64,000 nucleotides of DNA from Octopus sinensis. Taxonomy: Eukaryota. The translations under genes were made by a program, and so were the position numbers. The stretch spans positions 64,232,001 to 64,296,000 of the forward strand of contig NC_043002.1 in assembly GCF_006345805.1 (NCBI RefSeq). The letters are read 5' to 3'. Below the pieces are notes generated by a model that was given only the letters and a program-made list of their open reading frames with translations, was not told the origin of the DNA and did not search any database. Shown here piece by piece: positions 26,940 to 38,729 of the stretch. Every line of letters starts with the position of its first letter. Within the stretch, counting starts at the first letter, position 1.

Positions 26940-27480
26940 CAGTGTGTTCAGGTTAAATTTGACAGTTTGCATGGAAGGGAATGAAGACACATTATCGAAT
27001 CTAACAATTAATTGCCTAATTGTATGATAGAAATATCAATTAAATTATGACTCTTTGATAACATGTTATTGACGTACACGCCTCTGCTTCCATTACAGTC
27101 TCAAGGAAGCTCTGGACCTTGCGCATGCGTTGTTCACTATGTCTCAGGGATCTGGGCTTCTAGCACCGGATTTGAATTGGCAGGCAGAGAGGATGGTGTC
27201 TATCATGACCATGCTCCTTACAGTAATCTATAGGGTTGTAATTGAAGGAATTTGGTGGATAGAAATCAGGGCTGTTGACATCGTAGATTTCCAGAGGAAT
27301 CGCATGGAATTCACTCCTGCTGCTACACATATGGTATTCCAGCAGCAACAATCTACAGCTAAGGTTTGGCAATAGATTTCTATAACTTTCCATTGTCGCC
27401 TGAACTGAGCCTAAAAACCTGATCATAGTGGAAGTGATGAATTCCCTCATGCAGAACCAATCAGAACCTCTCCTAGTTGC
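26940..27480 (-). mobile_element. Degenerate Tc1/mariner-superfamily transposase C-terminus plus 3' end
   Basis: Minus-strand frames give GIPYV*QQE*IPCD (cf. GRPYVWQQDSAPCH), DFYPPNSFNYNPIDY (cf. WPPNSPDLNPLDY) and NACAR..QSFLETVMEAE (cf. ACxRFRxRLEAVVEAEG). TIR-like sequence near 26940-26965. Confidence 0.75.
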
Positions 27481-27682
27481 ACTTGTTCAGGTAATATCAT
27501 ACCGTATTTACGGTGTTCAGATTTCATTGAACTTCAGACATAATGTTGCCACTTTGGCATCCCACGCTAGTCATTATGTTACAGGTAAATGGGGATATAA
27601 AAAAATTATCCAATTTGGCTCGAACATAGTAAATGTTAAACTTATTTATACATACATACCTATCTACCTACATACATACATG

Positions 27683-27753
<71 letters not shown>

Positions 27754-27932
27754 AAAGGGCTTAGTAAAATAAATTACTTTGCCGCATAACTGAACTCATT
27801 AGAAATAGCAGCTAAAAAAACTTTTTTAAAAACTATTTCTAATACTTAAAGAAAACCTCTCTCATATAGTGTTTGCTCAATTCAACTCACGCAAATATGG
27901 GGGTAGAGACATTAAAAAATCAAGTGCAAAGG

Positions 27933-27993
27933 TTATTTGAGAACGTACGTTTCAAGATTAGTCAACACGACATTTCTATCATCAGCTCAGAAC
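27933..27993 (-). ncRNA. Type I hammerhead ribozyme (left-arm mirror copy)
   Basis: Exact reverse complement of the 28132-28193 motif; CTGATGA at 27985-27979. Confidence 0.72.
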
Positions 27994-28131
27994 TCCCTGG
28001 TTCTGAGCAGAAATTCTTCGCTTGCATTTTTGGGTTTGTTGGCACTGTTAGTTGCGAGCAGACCTTCGGAAGCGAGAGGAAGCCGAAATGGTGTGCTCCC
28101 ACTTTCAGTGTTTTCAAATCCAAACCAGGGA

Positions 28132-28193
28132 GTTCTGAGCTGATGATAGAAATGTCGTGTTGACTAATCTTGAAACGTACGTTCTCAAATAAC
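28132..28193 (+). ncRNA. Type I hammerhead ribozyme (minimal, palindromic stem III)
   Basis: TGAG(28136-39)-CTGATGA(28140-46)-stem II aga..gtc/gtgtt/gac..tct-GAAA(28172-75)-C-GTAC-GTT(28181-83)-CTCA. AACGTACGTT is a perfect palindrome. Confidence 0.72.
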
Positions 28194-28468
28194 CTTTGCA
28201 CTTGATTTTTTAATGTCTCTACCCCCATATTTGCGTGAGTTGAATTGAGCAAACACTATATGAGAGAGGTTTTCTTTAAGTATTAGAAATAGTTTTTAAA
28301 AAAGTTTTTTAGCTGCTATTTCTAATGAGTTCAGTTATGCGGCAAAGTAATTTATTTTACTAAGCCCTTTTATATAATGTAATAATTTGAATTCGCCTTA
28401 AATGGTCCCTTTGCATACTGAACACTTGGTGAAATTGATTAATTAATTAATTTTACCCTCAATTGTTG

Positions 28469-28509
<41 letters not shown>

Positions 28510-28510
<1 letters not shown>

Positions 28511-29014
28511 TAGCAGTATCGCCCGGCGTTGCTCGGGTTTGTAAGGGAAATAACTATATAAGCATTTTTAGTGAGTTATAGCAAAAAAATAGCAAAATAT
28601 GCATTAAAAATGGAATAAAAAATGATGGTAATTTTTTTTTAAATTGTTGACTCATCGTAGTCATTTTTAGAGAGTTACTTCCCTTATTCCCTTATATAAT
28701 AGCGAAAAATGCATTAAAATGGAATAAAAAGTGATGGTAATTTTTTTTAATCGTTGACTCATCGTAGACATTTTTAGAGGGTTGCTTCCCTTATATATTA
28801 GCGAAAAATGCATTAAAATGGAATAAAAAATGATAGTAAATTTTTTTTTAAATCGTAGACTCATCGTAGACGCGCGCTAATACCCAGAATGGCTCGATAT
28901 GAATCACGACTATAAGATACCCGGTTTTGGTTACACTGCACCGCAAAATGTGGGAGTAGTTAGGTATCTAAATCGTAGGAGACAGACACATAACCTTACT
29001 TTTATATATAAAGA
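28510..29014 (-). mobile_element. Non-autonomous Helitron (complete ends)
   Basis: Minus strand: A|TC start at 29014, hairpin CCCGAGCAACGCCGGG (28537-28522), CTAG|T end at 28510. Confidence 0.85.
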
Positions 29015-29495
29015 TTTGTGCAACAACTAAAACATTCGGTTGTGCAAATTGTTTGCACAGGAAACCTGCCCTGTGTGGCGGTAATTGACGTTTTTGTGGA
29101 TATGTTTCAGCTTTTTTAGCGATTTCTGTTTTGGCGACTTCAAGCCATGAAGTCGTTGTTCTAAAAGAACGCTGGTCTCCTTGACAACGCATTACGACGT
29201 TGATTTCCTTACACTCCCTTCCCCACAGCTTCACAAGGTGCAGGTGCGAGCGTGGACGCCAACTCCGCCGCCATCGACACACGAAAAATTATGCATTAAA
29301 ATGGAATAAACTGATGTTAAATTATTTTTAAAATCGTAGACTCATCGTAGACGCGCGCTAATACGCAGACGGGCTCGATATGAATCACGACTATAAGATA
29401 CCCGAATTCGGTTAAACTGCACCGCAAAATGTGGGAGTAGTTAGGAATCTAAATCGAAGTGGACAGACACTCACACAACTACAGTTTTATATATA
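29015..29495 (-). mobile_element. 5' half of a longer Helitron of the same family
   Basis: Shares the GC-rich internal block and 5' end with copies at 29630 and 30448; lacks the CTAG end. Confidence 0.7.
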
Positions 29496-29532
29496 TATAT
29501 ATATTATATATATATACATATATACATGCATA

Positions 29533-29576
<44 letters not shown>

Positions 29577-29629
29577 ATATACACACACACAGCCAACGAA
29601 TTAGTAAAGAAACTATCTTTATTACAAAA

Positions 29630-30286
29630 CTAGCAGTATCGCCCGGCGTTGCTCGGGTTTGTAAGGGAAATAACTATATAAGCATTTTTAGAGAGTTATG
29701 GCAAAAAATAGCAAAAAAATGCATTAAAAATGGAATAAAATATGATGGTAATTTTTTTTAAATCGTTGACTCCTCGTAGACATTTTTAGAGAGTTACTTC
29801 CCTTATATAATAGCGAAAAAATGCATTAAAATGGAAAAAATGATGGTAAATGTTTTTTTAAATCGTAGACTCATGTAGACGCTTTCTTAGCCATTTCTGT
29901 TTTGGTGTCTTCAAGCCACGAAGTCCTTGTTCTAAAAGAACGCTGGTCTCCTTGACAACGCATTACGACGTTGATTTCCTTACAATCCCTTCCCCACAGC
30001 TTCACGAGGGAGGGAAGAAGGGGGAAAAGCAACACAGGTGCAGCTGTGAGCGTGGACGCCAACTCCGCCGCCATCGACACACGAAAAATTATGCATTAAA
30101 ATGGAATAAAAAATGATGTTAAATTATTTTTAAAAATCGTAGACTCATCGTAGACGCGCGCTAATACGCAGACGGGCTCGATATGAATCACGACTATAAG
30201 ATACCCGAATTCGGTTAAACTGCACCGCAAAATGTGGGAGTAGTTAGGAATCTAAATCGAAGTGGACAGACACTCACACAACTACA

Positions 30287-30300
<14 letters not shown>
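29630..30300 (-). mobile_element. Non-autonomous Helitron, tandem copy
   Basis: CTAG plus hairpin at 29630; 818-bp periodicity with the 30448 copy. Confidence 0.85.
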
Positions 30301-30324
<24 letters not shown>

Positions 30325-30334
30325 TACATGCATA

Positions 30335-30409
<75 letters not shown>

Positions 30410-30447
30410 GCCAACGAATTAGTAAAGAAACTATCTTTATTACAAAA

Positions 30448-31116
30448 CTAGCAGTATCGCCCGCGTTGCTCGGGTTTGTAAGGGAAATAACTATATAAGC
30501 ATTTTTAGAGAGTTATGGCAAAAAATAGCAAAAAAATGCATTAAAATGGAATAAAAAATGATGGTAATTTTTTTTAAATCGTTGACTCCTCGTAGACATT
30601 TTTAGAGAGTTACTTCCCTTATATAATAGCGAAAAATGCATTAAAATGGAAAAAATGATGGTAAATGTTTTTTTAAATCGTAGACTCATGTAGACGCTTT
30701 CTTAGCCATTTCTGTTTTGGTGTCTTCAAGCCACGAAGTCCTTGTTCTAAAAGAACGCTGGTCTCCTTGACAACGCATTACGACGTTGATTTCCTTACAA
30801 TCCCTTCCCCACAGCTTCACGAGGGAGGGAAGAAGGGGGAAAAGCAACACAGGTGCAGCTGTGAGCGTGGACGCCAACTCCGCCGCCATCGACACACGAA
30901 AAATTATGCATTAAAATGGAATAAAAAATGATGTTAAATTATTTTAAAAATCGTAGACTCATCGTAGACGCGCGTTAATACTCAGACGGGCTCGATATGA
31001 ATCACGACTATAAGATACCCGAATTTGGTTAAACTGCACCGCAAAATGCGTAAGTAGTTAGGAATCTAAATCGAAGGGGACAGACACTCACACAACTACA
31101 GTTTTATATATATAGA
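30448..31116 (-). mobile_element. Non-autonomous Helitron, tandem copy (complete ends)
   Basis: CTAG at 30448, hairpin, and an A|TC start at 31116 (tttatatatataga|t on plus). Confidence 0.85.
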
Positions 31117-31342
31117 TATAGGCACCCTTCTGGACGCGTCTACCACAAACGACATATCCACCTCGGCCTTAGAATAACACAAATACACACGCAAATATTA
31201 AAAATGATACACTCAAGAGATTCCCAAGAATTCATTAAAAACAGTCCCAATCACTGCGATAATCCATAACATGCTAATTTTAAGTCATTTAACACCTTAC
31301 TACTTTCACACTACGTACATTCATATTTATTCTCCATTTTCT

Positions 31343-31469
31343 TTCTTCTTCTTCTTCTTCTTCTTCTTCTTCTTCTTCTTCTTCTTCTTCTTCTTCTTCT
31401 TCTTCTTCTTCTTCTTCTTCTTCTTCTTCTTCTTCTTCTTCTTCTTCTTCTTCTTCTTCTTCTTCTTCT
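31343..31469. repeat. Pure (CTT/GAA)n tract
   Basis: Uninterrupted cttctt run of about 127 bp. Confidence 0.97.
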
Positions 31470-31760
31470 CCTTCCTAACTTTATCACTAATGCTGTTTAG
31501 AATAACACCTACGCAAATTCTATTAACAAAACATTCAAAAGAAATATTTTCATGACTTGAAAAGCGACTGCTACCATTCGCTGACGGTCATTAGCTGACC
31601 ATTCAAAATACAATTCTTCTTCTTCTTCCCCTCCTCCTCCTCCTTCTTCTTTTTCTTCTTCCCTACCAAGAATTCACAACGATCTTGAACTCACATATGT
31701 ATGTGTTTATGCCTTCTAGCACGCCGGACACCATCCAGGAATTTTTGCGTACCAGTGTAC

Positions 31761-31870
31761 TTATTTGACAGCCATTGATTCTGCACTAGGTTTATCCAAC
31801 TTTTCTACAGGTTGTACTGGTGCAGTCGTGTATGCTTGTGAAGAGCAGGGCTCATTAGTCACCAACGGAG
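31761..31870 (-). CDS. Candidate terminal coding exon, (A)PLVTNEPCSSQAYTTAPVQPVEKLDKPSAESMAVK*
   Basis: Acceptor atattttgcatttgcAG; only one frame stays open (phase 1, 110 nt to TAA); non-repetitive. No homology recognised. Confidence 0.22.
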
Positions 31871-32016
31871 CTGCAAATGCAAAATATATGTTATTCCTAT
31901 AGCGGATAATTTTCCTAAAAGAAATCAAAGATCTTCTTCGGCCACGAATGGACGGCCAGCATCAAATATATATGTATCTATCTTTATATACACACATACT
32001 CACACACACACACACA

Positions 32017-32060
<44 letters not shown>

Positions 32061-32351
32061 CTTGTTTTATCCTTTTATCGTGTTATTTTCTCAGTCATTG
32101 GAGTGCAGTTTTATTCAGCAGCGCCGTGTTGAAGGGTTCGGATCTAATAAATCCATCCCAGTACTTAATTCTTCAAAGCTTCTTCCTTCTTCTATCGATA
32201 CCGAACGGTGAAACGCAATTTTACCTGAAGGGACACAAACCAACACATGTTCAGAAGAAATGCTTTCGGACAGACACAAAAACAAATACACAAACCCACA
32301 TATTGATACATCTATCTATCTATCTATCCATTCATATCTCCCTCTCTCTCT

Positions 32352-32385
<34 letters not shown>

Positions 32386-32562
32386 AGCGCTCCATTGTAT
32401 ATATATATATATATAATATATATATATAATATATATATATATAAGCGCTCCATTGTATATATATATATATATATATATACTTTATTTAAAGCATATTACT
32501 CTACCACTGGTATTTGAGTACTCTTTTTTCCACTTTGTTTCACATTTGTGTGTTTACTCCGG

Positions 32563-32593
<31 letters not shown>

Positions 32594-32596
<3 letters not shown>

Positions 32597-32755
32597 GATG
32601 GAGCGCTTTGGAGTTCCGTCTCAGAAATCAACTCTCAAATCTGTACTCGAGCCGGGGCTTTAGTAAAAAAATATTTGCCCAATGTGCCAAGTGGTGGGCG
32701 TTGGGGCGGAACCACGACTACTGAAATTGAGAAGTAAAACTTTACTATGCGGAAA
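32594..32755 (-). mobile_element. Decayed SINE family B, 5' half
   Basis: gttccgtc...aaatcaactctc...ggggctttagtaaaaaaatatttgcccaatgtgcc is the reverse of the family B head and core seen at 33600-33720. Confidence 0.6.
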
Positions 32756-33596
32756 CAAATATATATATATATATATAATATATATATATATATACATACA
32801 CACACACGCATATATATGTATATATATATATATATACATATATATAGACAATATGTGAATATATATGAATGCATATGTATGGATGTATGCATGTATGTAT
32901 TTACCTGTGTATAATTCGTATTAAATGAAATTGATTAAATCGATCATTCACAGATGGAAGCAACAGAATATGTATTGATATTAAAAAGTCTCAGCGAAAA
33001 TATAATGGGAAATACACACACACTCACAAACACAGAAGCATATGCATATACTTGACTTACACACACACATATGCATACATATATATATGCACACTAATGT
33101 ACAAACATACACACATATACACAATTACGTACATACATACGTACGTACGTACGTTCATACATATCCTCACAATAGATCTGTTTTGAATAGTAAAAATAAC
33201 ATATTCTCCAAGTTTATTCATTTATATTAGTGAAAATGACAGATCACGTTAAAGACATTTAAAGAATTATGACTTGCGATGTTAGTTCTTATTATAAGTA
33301 ATGAGTTACGTATCTGTGGAAGAAATCATAGCAAGATAATAAATCATATACGCGTGAGTGTTTTCAATTATTTGGATTTTCTACAGGAAATATTGGCGAT
33401 ATGTGCTTGTTACTTAGATTACATAAATGTAAATAGAGAAGATGTGTATGATGTTAATTTTCAGTTTCTTTTCTGTTTTGTATTTCAATATATTCTACCC
33501 AACGGAAAGTAAGGACACTCACTGTTTCACTAAAACTTGACAAATAATGTTAAAATGTGATATATGAAGAGTGAATGTATCTATATCCTTTGCTTA

Positions 33597-33960
33597 TGAA
33601 CCACATTGTTCCGGGTTCAGTCTCACAGCGTGACACCTTGGGCAAATGTATTCTACTATAGCTTCGAGCCGACCAAAGCCTTGTGAGTGGTTTTAGTAAA
33701 CGGAAACTGAAAGAAGCCCGTGGTATATATGTATGTATATATATATATGTTTGCGTGTATGTGTTTGTCCTCCCAACATCACTTGAAAACAGATGGTGGT
33801 GTGTTTACGTCTCCGTAACTTAGCGGTTCAGCAAAAGAGACCGATAGAATAAGTACTAGGCTTACAAAGAATAAGTCTTGAGGTCGATTTGCTCGACCAA
33901 AGGCGGTGCTCTAGCATGGGCACAGTCACATGACTGAAAGAAGTAAAAGAGTAAAGAGAA
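33597..33960 (+). mobile_element. SINE family B, near full length
   Basis: Head ccacattgttccgggttcagtc (B-box-like), core gacaccttgggcaa...acggaaactgaaagaagccc, agtaaaagagtaaa tail. Confidence 0.88.
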
Positions 33961-34234
33961 GATAGTATATCCTTATATATGTATATTTATATATACACAC
34001 ACACGCACACATAGACACGTGCACACACACACACATATATATATAGACACACACACACACACATACACATGCAAACACATACACATATATGTGTGTGTTT
34101 GTGTGTGCATATATTTATGCATGTATGAATGTATGTATATGAATATATGTATATGTATATTATAACTTTTGTTGAATGTTCGTCTACTCATACATGTTCT
34201 TGCCTATCTAGATATTCTCATATATACTTAAACA

Positions 34235-34530
34235 ATAAACCTCTGAAAAGTTTTATGATTTTTACAGTTCCAGTGATGGCTTGGATCTGTCGTCTTTGAA
34301 TCATCTTTCTCCTTTCTGGTTTTGCGAAGCCAATTTCTCAAGATTGGTATTTAGCCAGTGTGTTATATATCCCCGAGTCCCAATAATTTCAGGTATAGAC
34401 CTGAACTTGTAATCTGGATAGAGTAACTGCAGAATTCTCAATAGCTCAGCATAGGTGTTCTCTTTTTCACTGATCTTCAGCTTTATGTTAACATCCACTA
34501 GGTAGCTGATTTCGACAACTGTTCACAGTG
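34235..34530 (-). mobile_element. 3' end of an RLE-type (R4/Dong/NeSL-like) non-LTR retrotransposon, restriction-like endonuclease C-terminus
   Basis: TVVEISYLVDVNIKLKISEKENTYAELLRILQLLYPDYKFRSIPEIIGTRGY..., then after a frameshift KPERRKMIQRRQIQAITGTVKI. Fits the ExSxPxDxN..KxxEKxxxY..IPxxIGxxG pattern. Truncated at a (TATG)n tract. Confidence 0.7.
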
Positions 34531-35958
34531 TATGTATGTATGTATGTATGTATGTATGTATGTATGTATGTATGTATGTATGTATGTATGTATGTATGTA
34601 CGTAGATATTTATGTCCAGCTTCCTTTCAAGATTTCTTGCAAATACAAGAGCCGGTTTCTAGCCTAGACACAAAGCTTTTTCAATGAAATTTCAACATCA
34701 AAAACAGGGTATTTTTTATGTACGTATGTATATATGTATGTATGTATGTATGTATGTAAATAAAGTAAAAACTTATATTGGACAAGGCTGCGTGGCGTTC
34801 GATTATAAATTAATACATATAAGATACATCAAGCACAGAACATCACCAACGAGTGAAAATTACAGGACAAATTACTAGAAAATATACAATAAGAAGAGGA
34901 CAAGAAGAAGACAAGTGAAAGATACGTAAACACATGAGAGACAAGTACGGGACAAATTACTGAAAGAACTCTGATGATACTAACTCTGCCATACGCCATG
35001 CACTTCACTCCTTATTTTTCAAAGTCACATTTATAATTTGTGACGTTTCAGTGGAAAACTCTTGAAATATAATGTTAAATCTACATGTTTCCAGCCCTAC
35101 ATTTGAACGTGTGGTAACGCATTTCTATACCTCTATAACACTATTACTCACCTTGGACACACAAAAAAGCAACCTGAAGGTATCACCACTAAACCACTGC
35201 AAATGTTCATTACCACAAAGCCAGTTATATGGTATCATACACTGGAAGCCCTATTAGTGGATATCAATATAAACAACACCGCAATACTTGTCCAAAATCT
35301 TTCAAATCACCACCCCACATTGTTTCAAAATTTTACTGTAGTTTTACACCATAAATCACCTGCTTCTACTGCAAAAAAGCCAAACTTACGACTTCCATTT
35401 TATATGCTCTTCATCCTATGATATGAATAATACAGTTTCATCCATATAAATTCTTACCACCCCATAATATAACCTTTCATCTTCTACCACAGTAATCCCA
35501 TCATTTATACACGCTCCATAGGGATGCGCACTATTTTGCTTGCTACCAGTATGCAAATCGAAACTTTATTTCCATCACAGCAACAGAAACATGTTCATTG
35601 ACTCACTCGTCTACTCGCAACACAATATCTGATTGAAATATACTCATCAAAAGCGTTAATATCGTACGATTCAAAAATATTATAGGTCCAGACAAGCACA
35701 TACAAGTAAACTGTTCCGCCCACTGACACGTACTTAATTGCGTAGACAATTACACAGGTATATTGATGTGCAGATTTTTATATTGATTGCTTATATAACA
35801 GAGCGATAAATATAATACTTACAAAACTCCTGCTCGGTCTTTTATCCCTAATACAGATGTGTATATTGAGCGAACTCTATATGCACATAAGCCCTTATAG
35901 ATTATAGATGAGAAAGCACACATAGAAAAGATATGAGCATTTGTAAGCATGAGTGGGT

Positions 35959-35992
<34 letters not shown>

Positions 35993-35993
35993 G

Positions 35994-36038
<45 letters not shown>

Positions 36039-36187
36039 ATATATATATATATATGTAGGTATGTATGCATGCATGTATATATGTATGTATGCATTTATGT
36101 ATGTATGTAGGCATGTATACACCTATATCTATCTATCTATCTATTTATCTAACTCTATATATACGTATAAATATGTATATGTGTGTA

Positions 36188-36265
<78 letters not shown>

Positions 36266-36288
36266 TAAATATATATATATATATCTAA

Positions 36289-36326
<38 letters not shown>

Positions 36327-36631
36327 GACATACATGTATATATAATATATATTTATATGTGCGGATGTAGGCATGAATATGTGTATATGCATATGTCTGT
36401 GTGTGTGAGGCGTTCTGACGGATTTATTGAACTTCGCCGGATGTTTACACACATACATGATGGGTGTGTTATTCTTTGAACTAAGAAATACAAGCACATG
36501 GAATGTTTTATGCTCTCCCACTCAACACTTCTACTCGCACAGCCAATATCCTGTTGTCAGTTCTTCTTCTTCCTCTTCTTCTTCTTCTTCTTAGTATTAT
36601 TATTATCATTATAATAATAATAATAATAATA

Positions 36632-36663
<32 letters not shown>

Positions 36664-36735
36664 CATCATCAGCATTATTACTATTATATACACACAGACA
36701 ATTACACACACACACACACACACCACACACACACA

Positions 36736-36817
<82 letters not shown>

Positions 36818-37084
36818 CGTTGCTACATTGCAAAACTGTCGCAAGTCCAAAACGTTGCTTGTTCAGAAAAGGAAAAAATAGTTTCACCATTCTACAGGAA
36901 AATCATTGTACTACGCTTTCAGAATATCTGATATCTTGGCATCGCAAGCAACTCGCTGGAGAAACGATATTTTACCAAAAGAACCGGTTATTGCAAGCCA
37001 AAATAAACATTGAATAAAAGGCATTTGACCCAATTTGGACTTATAACATTTTAACATATTGCAACGATGTAGATGTTGGTTCCA

Positions 37085-37255
37085 AAATTTCGGAGCAAAG
37101 CCAGCAATTCAGCGGAGGGGATAAGTCGTTTACATCGACTCGTACCTATTTTCTCGAATCTGAAATGTTGCAAAGCAAATTCGACCTCAGTGGAATTTGA
37201 ACTCAAAACATAAAGGAGGACAAAATGACGCAAAGCATTTTATCCCGCTCACCAC
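37085..37255 (-). mobile_element. Decayed SINE family A
   Basis: gtcgtttacatcgac...caaattcgacctcagtggaatttgaactcaaaac. Confidence 0.7.
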
Positions 37256-37856
37256 ATTTGCCTATATTTTAATAATAGTATAGCGTGAAATTACTTTGAA
37301 AGCGTTTCAAATATTGTGTGACTCATAGCTCTCTTCTTCACACAGACTTATTGTCTTTCAAATCTGTAATTATACAGTTGCATTTTACTTGAACGATTGT
37401 TAAGCATTCACACAAACCATACACATAAAGCAACAACTCGATTTTTAATACAAATACATGAGAATTGCTGTGAAATATATATTTCCTACGGATATAACCG
37501 CTAATACAGGCAGCAGAAATATAATATCTCGTCATTAAACTATGATGAATTCATTTTAAAGGAGTAAAAGACATACTAATGGATATAACATGAAAGTAAG
37601 GGTATAAAATTTGAATCTTAATTTATAATGTGGACAAGATATTCTCTATGGCAATATAAGATGCTTCTATTTACTTTTGTCGAAAAGGTTTAAAGCCAGT
37701 CAATATGATTTCAGTTTCGTGTAACAAATTACTGCTTAAAAATAGGTGTAAGCGTACATTTTATCTGAGTAATCACGTGTTGATTGAGTCGTCCAGAGCT
37801 AACATCAGATACATTCTTTTCCGGTTTCATTGAATGTACTAGAATGACCATTGTAC

Positions 37857-37953
37857 CATGTTCAAATGAAAATGGAGAAGTGTGCTTCCCGTGAGATTTA
37901 GCTGCTGTTTCTTGAATGTAGGTCAGCTCAGTTTGTATCGATTTATATGTGTC
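37857..37953 (-). CDS. Candidate internal exon, DTYKSIQTELTYIQETAAKSHGKHTSPFSFEH(G)
   Basis: Acceptor ttcatcttgtatgcaacAG, weak donor G|GTacaa; 97 nt, ends in phase 1, compatible with 31761-31870. Confidence 0.15.
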
Positions 37954-38054
37954 CTGTTGCATACAAGATGAAATGACTTGTAAAAGCTTAAGGGAAAGAG
38001 CATTAACAGAAAACAATTATGCATCACGCAAAAAATGCGATTACACAGAAATAT

Positions 38055-38399
38055 TCATCATCATCATCATTGTTCGACCGTGGTCGAGACAATGGAATTT
38101 ACCATGCTACGCCAGACTTTACGGTCCATCATGGCATTACGGAGGTCCTGTTGCTGGATGCCTGTATCCCTAGAGATTACATAAGGGTAGGAGAGTGTGC
38201 GCCCTCTGGTATTGCGAGTACATGGCTTCCAGAGGAGAAGAGTAGAAATTACCTCTTTTTCAGCTCTACAACAATGTCCAGCAAACTGGACTCACCTACC
38301 TTTCACAAGAGATGACACAGGTGGTAGTTTCCCATATATTCCATATATTTGCATTTTGGTTGGTTGGCGCTTCCACGAGAGATTTTGAGCTCTCATAAG
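38055..38399 (-). mobile_element. 5'-truncated RTE-clade LINE 3' end with a (TGA)n tail
   Basis: LMRAQNLSWKR..., VQFAGHCCRAEKEVISTLLLWKPCTRNTRGRTLSYPYVISRDTGIQQQDLRNAMMDRKVWRSMVNSIVSTTVEQ*, followed by tgatgatga. GH..R and AxDRxxW motifs are typical of RTE ORF ends. Confidence 0.85.
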
Positions 38400-38729
38400 A
38401 TTTCACACATAAATATTAACCTAAGAATATATATTTAAATAGTATATTTAACATGCTTTCATGTTAAATCTAAATGATATCGTCTTTCAATGCGTGTCTG
38501 AACCCTAAATATTACATCGATCATCGTAAAAGAAAATATTTTTATTGTTTAACGAGTTCTGATCATTCGACTTATGAATTGCAGAGAGACACGTTTACTC
38601 GTTTTAACAGGTTGTATAACCCAAAGTAAAAACAAAACAGAAAACTGCTGATTTCTTGAAATTTATAGCGTTGTCCATAATGTTATTTGAGAAAAATATA
38701 AATAGTAATTGTACTAGTTTTAAAAGGTA

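Larger units (their letters stand above)
27746..28471 (+). mobile_element. Fold-back PLE-like pLTR element: 257/256-bp inverted arms (27746-28002, 28123-28378), 120-bp spacer, flanked by (TA)n on both sides
   Basis: Arms are reverse complements apart from one homopolymer indel; same family as 42719-43120. Confidence 0.9.

Noticed and set aside
27099-27490. Plus-strand exon-like block (ttccattacAG...ttcag|GTaata; ORFs 27130 and 27428)
   Set aside because: All three frames hit stops between the splice-like sites, and the opposite strand carries clear Tc1/mariner transposase motifs.
34965-35055. CTGATGA (plus) and GAAACGTC (minus) as a hammerhead
   Set aside because: The two words are on opposite strands and I could not build stems I-III for either.
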